Assembly: GCF_006345805.1 (NCBI RefSeq) | Contig: NC_043007.1 | Coordinates: 62,806,001 to 62,870,000, forward strand | DNA: 64,000 nucleotides | Direction of reading: 5' to 3' | Origin: Octopus sinensis | Lineage: Eukaryota | Shown here: piece after piece, positions 55,336 to 64,000 of the stretch | How the letters are laid out: each line of letters begins with the position of its first letter | Numbering within the stretch: the stretch's first letter is position 1 | Made by a program: the position numbers and the translations under genes | The notes under the pieces: model-generated | Seen by the model: only the letters and a program-made list of their open reading frames with translations | Told to the model about the DNA's origin: nothing | The model's database searches: none

Positions 55336-55910
55336 AGAGACTGTGTAGAGGCAGTACCTTTCATTGAGCGATGTGCAATATATAGCCACTTCTCAGGCAT
55401 TGATCCTCACACTCCTAAGTGATCAGTTATGTTCAGGAAAAAATCTGAACTGCTGACTTAGTACCAAACCTGACCCAGCTAAAACCTTTATAATGAGAAA
55501 CCTGTTCATACTGATCTGGGAAGATCTAGAAGAACATATCTCACAGAAAATAGCCAAAGTTCCTAATGCCAGAATAAATGCATGAAGACTTATGATCTCA
55601 ACAGCTCAACTGGCAGAAGGCTGTACCAGACAAACTGGTTATGAAGGTACAGTTTAAGCAATACTTGGGAGTAACAGCAGTCCATTGCAGTTTCATTACC
55701 TGATCCTGCATATCACACTTCAGAAGTACCACAGAGAATGTCTTCAAGGCCACAGTGTGTAGATTACTTCCTCAGATTCTACCCCAAATCAAAATCATGC
55801 CTCCACCATTTCTTCACTGATCTTTTCTCACAGAACTACAATGAAGAAAGAAAGACTTGGAAATGAGAGGTACCAACAACAAAGGAATATATATATATTA
55901 TATATATATA

Positions 55911-56192
55911 TCATCAGAAAGAAGTCCGGCATGAGGGATGTCATCGCAGAGTATACACGCAGCAAGTTTAGATGGGCTGGACAGATCGCCCCGCTCACCG
56001 ATAATCGGTGGACCCACGCAGTTGTCGAGTAGTACCCTCGCGAGCGGAAACGACCACCCGGATGGCCTCCACGATGGTGGAGTTACGATTGGGATCACGT
56101 GGATGAGAAAGGCGCGATCCAGAGAGGAGTGGACAGCGTGCTGTGACCAGCGGTGTCAAATCGACGCCTGATGGACTGGTCGGTCAAGGTGA
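55911..56192 (+). mobile_element. CpG-rich RTE 3' fragment (fourth family) between (TA)n tracts
   Basis: IRKKSGMRDVI..SKFRWAGQIA..DNRWT...YPRERKRPPG.PP.W. Confidence 0.8.
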
Positions 56193-56469
56193 TATATATA
56201 CACACACACACATATATTAGTGACAGAGATAGTATTAATATCGAGAGGAAATATTTATCCCTAAAGCCAATGTGAGAATTTCTCAAAACTACTGCAGTAC
56301 ACTATTCTATATTTTTGAGATGAGGAATTATATACATTATTTACAATGGATGGATAGGTATCCTCATCTTGTTTGTTGTTATTACAATGTTTCAGCAGAT
56401 GTACTCTCCAACCCTTCATCATGTGTTCTGGTGGAATTTCGAACCTAACACTTTATTTGACTAATAGTA

Positions 56470-58295
56470 GGGGCGCTCTGAAAGGGGTCTCAGGGAGTAG
56501 CATCCCTGCCTTCCTGAGCTAGTTTTCTACCACATCTCTTAAAAATCATGGTAGAGGTCTTAGGACCACTCATGTCTAGAAACTGAGGTTGGGAGTAAGC
56601 AAGGGCATGCTCCCCATCAAAAATCCAGCCCCAAAAAAGCCTCATGATAGCAAAGGAGAATGGACACCAGACAGCCCAAAGGTTGGGGTGGGCTGCACCT
56701 GCCTACCTCAGAAGGGAAGGTGCAAACCCTCATCCTGGGTTGCATGACTTGTCTTATGTTGGTCGAGACGGCCTAAGGAGAAGCTTGTGGTGAGGTTGGG
56801 AAAGTTGGTATGTGGGGCAGTCTGCATGGAAGGGGAACTGAGATGTGTGAGGAATTGAGGAAGAGGAGGGTGGATGTGTGCAGGAGGCTAGGTGGAAGGA
56901 CCAGAGTGCAAGATTGGGGGAGGGGGGGGTCAAGGGAAAAAAGTAAAAGTTGTGGTGGTTGGGAAACAGCAAGGGGACTGGAGGTGTGGGAATTTTGGTG
57001 AAGGAAGAAATCTGTGAGAAAGTGGTGGAGGTCAAGAAATATAGTGACAGAGTGATGACAATAGTGTTGGCAAGTGGAGAGATAGGAGTTGTTGTGATGA
57101 TGGAGCTCTTCCAGGGTATGCTGGATGGAAGAGGAATGCCAGATGAATGGGCACTAAGTGTGGTGGTACTGATCTTCAAGGGGAAAGGGGATGTGATGTG
57201 GGAGTGAAGTTATTAGAGCATGCAATGAAGATAGTGGAAAGAGTGTTGGAGAGGAGAATTCGGAAAGGGGTGGATGTGGACGAGATGCAATTTGGTTTGA
57301 TGCCAAGAAGGGGGACAGCAGATGCAGTGTTCATTGTAAGGAAATTACAAGAGGAATACTAAGATAAGGAGGAGTTGTACTTGTGCTTCGTTGATCTAAA
57401 GAAGGCATATGATAAGGTTCCAAGGAAGGTGATTGAGTGGGTATTGAGGAAAAGAGGTGTACTGGCAGTAACAGTGAGGGCAGTGATGAGTTTGTACGAG
57501 AGGGTAAAGACAAGAGTTAGAATTGGATCAAAGTTGTTAGAGGAGTTTGTTGTCACTGTTGTTGTCTGCAATAGTGGTTGATGTGGTGATGGAGAGTGGA
57601 AGAGAGGGATTGATAATGAAGATACTGTATGCGTATGACCTTGTTCTGATGAGTGAGACAATGGAGGGATTGAGGGAGAAGTTTTGGAGATGAAAGGAGG
57701 CATCTGAAAGCAAGAGTTTGAAGGTAAACCTCTGGAAGACAAAGGTGATGGTGAGCAGGGTGGAAGGAGAAGTATGAGTAAGGTGGATTCATGTGGAGTA
57801 TGTGGGAGGAGGGTAATGGCAAATGTGGTGTTGTGTACAAGATGTAAGAAATGGATTCATGGTAGGTGTATGAAAATGAAGGTGACCCCAAGACTGGCAA
57901 GAGAGTTTATTTATGAAAGATGTGAGAAAGGAGCTGGAGGGCTGGCGGAACCAGTGGAAATGCTATGTGATAAGGTGAAAATGGTGAGAGGGTTTTGTTA
58001 TTTGGGAGATAGAGTGTGTGTAAGTGGTGGATGGGAAGCAGCTGTGGCAGTAAGAGAGAGAGACTTGGCTAGGTGAAGTTCAGGGAATGTGGAGTGTTGT
58101 TATGTGGGAAAAGGTTCTCATTGAAGATGAAAGGAAGGGACTATAGGAGTTGCATGAGAGCTGCAATGCTGTATGGGAATGAGACATGGTGTTTGAGGGG
58201 GAGTGAGATGGCAATTTTGAGATGACCAAGAGAGGAATACTGAGAGAGATGTGTGGTATGAAACTGTTTGATAAGAGGGCTGAGGACTGGGGATG
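56470..58295 (+). mobile_element. Internally deleted RTE LINE (5' region, APE start, RT with PHD-like insert)
   Basis: EELRKRRVDVC, GGVGILVKE, then directly PDEWALSVVVLIFKGKGD, QFGLMPRRGT, FVDLKKAYDKVPR, CGVC-CTRC-HGRC. Confidence 0.85.
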
Positions 58296-58297
58296 CT

Positions 58298-59255
58298 GGG
58301 GTTGTTGTTGTTGGTCACCTCAAGCGCCTGAGGATAACTATCAGAAGCGCTAGAGCCATGGATGGGAGACAAATCATCTCATCCATTGTAGCCACTAGTT
58401 GGCGGATATAGCGTTCCACCATCAGGGCTGGACATCTTAGCCAGAGATGTTCTGCGTATTCCACCTCCTCGTTACAGTGTCTGCATTGATCTGTGTCGCT
58501 GCATCCTGCCATCTTTTGCCACTGCGTGAGTGCTGGATGATGACCACTACAGAAGCGTATCATGTCTGCGGAGTCTGCCTTCGAGAGGGCTGCTTCGGTT
58601 TTTTCACCCAGATTCTTTGTGAAGACTTCCTTCAGACGGGGGTGTTGAATTGGTTGTTGTTGGCTGGAACGTTCGACGAATAACTACCTGACGAATGGCT
58701 GTATTGATGGCAGCATCTGGTTGTGGCAGTGCCAAGCCAAGTTTCACCTGCATATCTGCGAGTTCATTGCCACGGAGCATGCAATGACCCGGCACCCAAA
58801 ATCTTTCCAGCTGCTACTAGGGTTGCTGTTTGTTGCAGTTCTCTAATAGTCAGGTCTGGGGGGAATGGGCTGTCTACCACTTCGACCAATGATTTGCAAT
58901 CACAGAATATAGCTGCAGAGGCCCAGTTGTCATTGGCCTGTAGCCACCGGAGGGCTTTGTTAAATGCTGCTCTCTCGGAATGGAATGAGCTGCTTTGAGC
59001 ACCAGTAGGGGCGTACCACTCATGGACCATCTCATCGTGTATCAGCACCACCACACCGGCGCCGCCGTTGGTTGTGCCTTCACTAGTCAAGCCATCAGTG
59101 TAAAGGAGTACGTCAGGGGAATCGGGTAGGCTGGCAAGTGTTTGTTGAGCTGCCAGCAGTTGTACATCGATGGGCATCTGCTTCATGGTGGGAGTGTAGA
59201 CGGCAGTAAGGGAAGGGTGATTTTCCCATGGTGGAGATGGACGCTGTATAACTGA
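58298..59255 (-). mobile_element. Non-LTR retrotransposon 3' part with RNase H and C-terminal zinc knuckle (I group, Ingi-like)
   Basis: LYTDG..GGAGV, SSFHSE..A, IFCDCKS, PGHCMLRGNELAD, CRHCNEEVEYAEHLWLRC, (CAA)n tail. Confidence 0.85.
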
Positions 59256-59279
59256 GTTCAGTCACTATTGAGCTTCTGA

Positions 59280-59480
59280 TTAGCATGCTGGGCGAAACAC
59301 CTAGTGGTATTTCATCTATCTTTACATTCTGAGTTCAAATTCCACCAAGGTCGACTTTGCCTTTCATCTTTTTGGGATCGATAAATTAAGTACCAGTTGT
59401 GTACTGGGGGTCGATCTAATTGACTGGCCCTCACCCCAAAAATTTCGGGCCTTGTGCCTAGAGTAGAAAAGAATATTGAG
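59280..59480 (+). mobile_element. Meta/MESC-type SINE
   Basis: gagttcaaattcc, gactttgcctttcatc, gataaattaagtaccagtt, tail gtagaaaagaatatt. Confidence 0.8.
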
Positions 59481-60794
59481 CTGAAAACAGCAGTTGAAGT
59501 ACTGGCCAAGTGGGCTATAGCGGCAGAGGGAAGGAAATATAACATTTATTTTGCAATTGATTAACTGGCATCAAAAATGTCTCAAATTGTAAAACATTTT
59601 GTCCAATAAGGCAGTGCTGCATGGCTGCAGTCAAATGACTGAAACAAATAAAAGAATAAATATTTTTTAAAATACAGAAGTCTTATAAAAAAACTAATGG
59701 AAACAGTGGAAGAATAAAATCTCTGAGAATGATACCTGATGGTGGTTTTGAGTATGTTAGGTTTAACTGATTCACGATATTCATTTCTATTAGTTAGTTG
59801 TGTCCTATCAACTGTTTTTGTCAATGAAATTGTTTTGAATGCTAATTTTAAAACAACTGTTCTTTTATGGAAGATCTCATAGTGAGATCCTGAAAATATC
59901 TCCAGTTGAATGAGATGGTTAGTTTCCAAACTGGAGAAGTTCAAGATGATGGCCTTTGAACTTTTACCTTATTTGTCTTGGAATAAGTGTTTACTCCGCA
60001 GTTTTCAGCTGCTGCTCCAGTTGAACCTGTAACTCAAAGTGCAGACATATAGTTCGGATCCAATTTGAATTCAGATCAATATGTCCAGAGCAACAACTGC
60101 GCTGGTAGTCACCGTAGGATCAGCCTTGAAAACCTAGTCACATCTTCAGTTGTTCACTAAAGCAATGCCATTTAAAAACATGTAAAGTCAGATTAATAGA
60201 AACAAGAATGAAAGCTTCTAGAAATACAAGACAAAATGAAGAAAGAATGTAGCAACATCATGAAAAAAGCTGACAGGTTACAAAATTGGTGAGGAAAATA
60301 CGTAATTAGTACTGGTAATATGGTCCTAAGGATATGCATGAAGATGAAACATGAACCACTACACTTCAAGAATATAGGACTCAAAATAAGAATATCTCAA
60401 GAAAAATACTTCAATATAGTCATGATGTGGACACTAACAAGCTCACCTCAATATGATATTGAATGTAGTCCAGTACCCATGGATAAAATTAAATGTGCAA
60501 TCATCAAGCTTAAAAACAACAAACATCTTTTAAGATGACAGTGTAGTTTGAATGAGAGTTGGCTGCTAAAGCAAGTAGAAACCTCCTTGTAGTTACAGTG
60601 AGTAAGGAGTCAAATACTTGGATTACGGTGATGATCCACAGCAAAGTCCTCAGTTAAGCAGAGGCTTGTTATATCTGGATCAATGGCCCTATGAGTTGCA
60701 CCACTTCATTCTATGATTACTTATGTGCTGCTTGATTAGGGTTGAACAACAAATCACCTACAGGTAACCTGTTTTTAAAGCACACTTGACTCAC

Positions 60795-60898
60795 CTGTAA
60801 CATGGTTTCACTATGTGATTTTGATAATTTGGGGCACCATAAGTCTTCCACAAGCCTAGAATAGTTCAGTTTTACTTCCTCTAAGGAAAGTAATTCAA
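60795..60898 (-). other. Candidate exon of unknown gene (ELLSLEEVKLNYSRLVEDLWCPKLSKSHSETMLQ)
   Basis: ttattgcag acceptor, CAG|gtgagt donor, open frame in non-repetitive sequence. Confidence 0.25.
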
Positions 60899-61149
60899 CT
60901 GCAATAATTACCAATTATTGTCATGAAGGTTTTACCATTTTTATCCCTAAAATTCTCAATGCCATTATGAAAGACGACTAAATATAGAAAATGAATGGGA
61001 GAAAGAGAGTCATCTGAATATGAACCCAGCAGAGGGTCCAGCCATTCTTTGGGCAGCAGTGTGATAAACAAAACAATTAAGAACATGAAAACATGGAAAG
61101 ACTTGGGTCAAAAATTACTGTTGAGAGGCTTAAAATATCTAACATAGTG

Positions 61150-62590
61150 GGATGCATCCTAGTTATCCGTGTAGTTAATCAGGTTGTGGAGGAAGGTATG
61201 ATAACCATCAAGTAGCGTAGCATAGTCAACTATTACAAAGGTAAAAGAGATGCCATAGAGAGAATTACAGAGATACCAAATTACTGGAACAGGTCAGAAA
61301 GTCACTGAAAGAGACATAGCTCTGAAGAAAGTAATCCTAGATGAGATGCAGTTTGGTCTTGAGCTGGGGAGAAGTACTAGTGATGCTCTCTTTATAGTAC
61401 AGCAACTGCAGATGTATTTAACTAAAAATAAACCACAGCACTCGGCATTCATTGGCCTGGAAAAGGTGGTTGCTATGGAAACTAGGAGAAGATGACTGGC
61501 TGGTGGGAGCCATCATGTACAGGGATGCTGTTAGTAAGTTGAGAGTTAATAAGTAAAATAATGAATTAAGTGTGCAGGTAGGAGTTCACCAGGGGTTGGT
61601 TATTAGTCCCTTCCTATTCATTATAGTCCCAGGCCATAAAAGAAGAATTGAAATCTGGTTGCCAATGGGAAATCCTCTATATTAATGACCTTGTTCATAT
61701 GGCTGAGACTACAGGAGAATTAGAAATAAAATTTCAGGAGTGGAAGCAAAACCTGGAATCAAAGGGCCTTCAAGTTAACTTAGCCAAGACTAAAGTTTAA
61801 GTTAGCAAGAGAATAGACAGGGTGCTAACCCCCTCAGATAAATGGCTCTGCTGAATATATACAAGAGGTGTAGGCAAAAATTCAAACATGGTATTCTTAG
61901 TACAAACTACGAATACACAAGAAGTGCAGTGAAAGTAGATTTTGCTTATGGTAAATGCATAGGTGCAATAAACACTAAGAGCAGATAGGAAATAGATTTT
62001 CTAGAATGCCCCAGAGGTTTCCTGGAGGGAGTAGATAGGTTTTGTTACCAAAGGGGATGTTACAAAGAGAAATGTACTGGAAATATTGTTGCTAGAATAT
62101 GAACTTGTTGAAGAAGGTTCATGGTAAAAAAAGGCCTATCTCTGAGAGTGAAAGGCAGATTGTACAATGCTTCTTCATGAACATGGTTCATACATAAACA
62201 TTACTACATGTTTGTAAAATTTGGGCTGCAAGTGCAGAGGATATACAGAGACTAGAAAGAAATGAAGTTTGGGTGCTCCAATGGATGTGCAACATTAGTG
62301 TGCTTGAACAAATGTGTTGAGAGAAAAATCAGGCATGAGACATCAGATGTGTGCAAGAGAGAAGACCACTGGTATACTGCAATATGATGCAGATGGATGA
62401 GGATAACTGTATAAAAAAAGTAGCCAATTGCTAAAAATGGACTGAGTCTGTGGGAAAGGGACACCCAAGAAGATGTGGGATGAAGTAGTGAAGACCGACA
62501 TCAAAATGTTGAGCCTCTGGAGGACATGACAAAGTACCAAGATGAATAGTGATATGCTGTGCTTGAGAAGACCTGTCCATCTCAGCAAAG
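61150..62590 (+). mobile_element. Old decayed RTE LINE RT region
   Basis: LDEMQFGLELGRSTSDALFIVQQLQ, GVHQGLVISPFLF, LESKGLQVNLAKTKV, GTPKKMWDEVVK. Confidence 0.85.
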
Positions 62591-64000
62591 ATAAGGTCCT
62601 ATCAAGCCTTTCCCACAAGCTCATTTTCTAACACCCATTTCTCCATAAATCCTCTAACTGCAGTGCTAACAGGTGCCGTACATAATACTGCTTACCCTCC
62701 CCCACTACACATTACATTGTATCTCTGTTACTGTCCTTTATTACTCCTGCCTGACCCACTCTTATATCCAACACCTCTCCTCCCCCAAACTGATATTCAT
62801 TGTGTTCATGTCAACCCCTTAATCTCTAATCCCCTGTCACACACTTTGCACTATCTAGTGCACTTACCTGCCCACCTACCTTTTCTGTTCCTCTATCCCT
62901 ATTTTCTCTTTCATATTTACCTCGCACCTTCAAAGTATGCCTTTGCCTTTTCTCTCTTTCCAGCTGGAGAAGACACCTGTTCCTGTCCCTCTTTCATACT
63001 TTCACAGCCTTCATTACTATGCCCCGCTCAGTTGAAGGGGTCTTGTCTTGCAAATATTTGGTGACTTCACTAGTGTTGGTACCACGACAAAAAGCACCCA
63101 GTACACTGAAAAGTAGTTGGCATTAGAAGGGGTACCAAGCTGTAGGAATCATACCAAAGTAGCCGTTCAGGTCATCGGTTCTTATTGAACCATCCAGCCC
63201 ATGGACGTTATATGATGATGAGTGCAATAGTCTTCCAAACAGAGATAGTGTTTCTAGATAAAAGTTTCCCAAAACAGTTTTCTTTAAATAGAGAGAACTC
63301 CAAAGTGACAATACTCTCAGTTCCTGTACTAAGGGATATATTCCCATTATGAAATTGTTTTCCCACACCTCTAAGCTAATTTTGATCCAATATTCTAAGA
63401 TAATTGATGAGATAAATTCTCCACAATTACAATCAACACTTTATAAAGTTTCATGAACACTGATTGACTTAACATTTCAAATAAATTGGTGGAATGACTA
63501 CAATCACACTTCATAATGCACGTGCTTATACATCAAGCAGTTTAATGAAATCTCAAGGTAATATATGTATATCAGATGTAGATTAAATACGAAACTCCAT
63601 GAATTCATATTATGTATATTAAATAATATATATATATTAAACACGAAACTTCATCAATTCATGTTGGTCTTCAGTTGTCGCATTTCTTCAAGTACTGGAT
63701 GAAAAAGTTAGGATTGAACTATCGTATCTCTATTTCTAATTCAGTGTTCCAATATTTTTATATGCACTATACTAAAGATTTTTTAAAAGAAAACCCAACA
63801 AAACTGAGGTTTATAGTCCAAATAAAAGTACACTACATTAGTAATACAGGTATTTTACTCATCTCAAAAACAGGCATAGGAATTAAGATATTTTGAGAAG
63901 TATGTTTCTGCAGACAATAGTATAGTACCCCCAGAACCCAAATTATAGCTAGTTACATAGATGAAATTGATTTTTTCTTTTGTTACCAAAGGAATTTCAG

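Noticed and set aside
55358-55400. MPEKWLYIAHRSMK|gtac as a possible SRP9 exon 1
   Set aside because: It lacks W..F and DP, and has the wrong phase and length.
55740-55830. RNGGGMILIWGRI on the minus strand, resembling Tc1 GGG.VM.WG
   Set aside because: A single short motif, with no other DDE motifs or TIRs confirmed.
59582-60170. 120-aa minus-strand ORF and adjacent complex sequence
   Set aside because: No recognisable motif or coherent splice sites, and it runs into a SINE tail. Probably an unidentified decayed repeat.

Overview
AT-rich, microsatellite-laden eukaryotic DNA. The SINE/LINE repertoire points to a coleoid cephalopod, most likely Octopus; this is an inference. The only host gene I recognise with confidence is SRP9 on the minus strand: two coding exons (24040-23972 and 14590-14492) with canonical splice sites. 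I could not find its first coding exon, so most of the window is probably SRP9 intron. The rest is mostly transposon debris: Penelope-like elements (RT plus GIY-YIG, inverted pseudo-LTRs), many RTE LINE copies (one family with a PHD finger inside the RT), a near-intact 5'-truncated CR1-type LINE, an RNase H-bearing LINE, a decayed Gypsy pol, a mariner fragment and several tRNA-derived SINE families. The most notable signals are: minimal type I hammerhead ribozymes (one nearly canonical, at the centre of a ~110-bp inverted repeat) with an apparent strand bias relative to SRP9; a 24-bp perfect hairpin; repeated insertion of unrelated elements into (TA)n tracts; and a speculative chain of phase-compatible minus-strand exon candidates interleaved with SRP9. 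TE boundaries are approximate (read by eye) and no database search was run.
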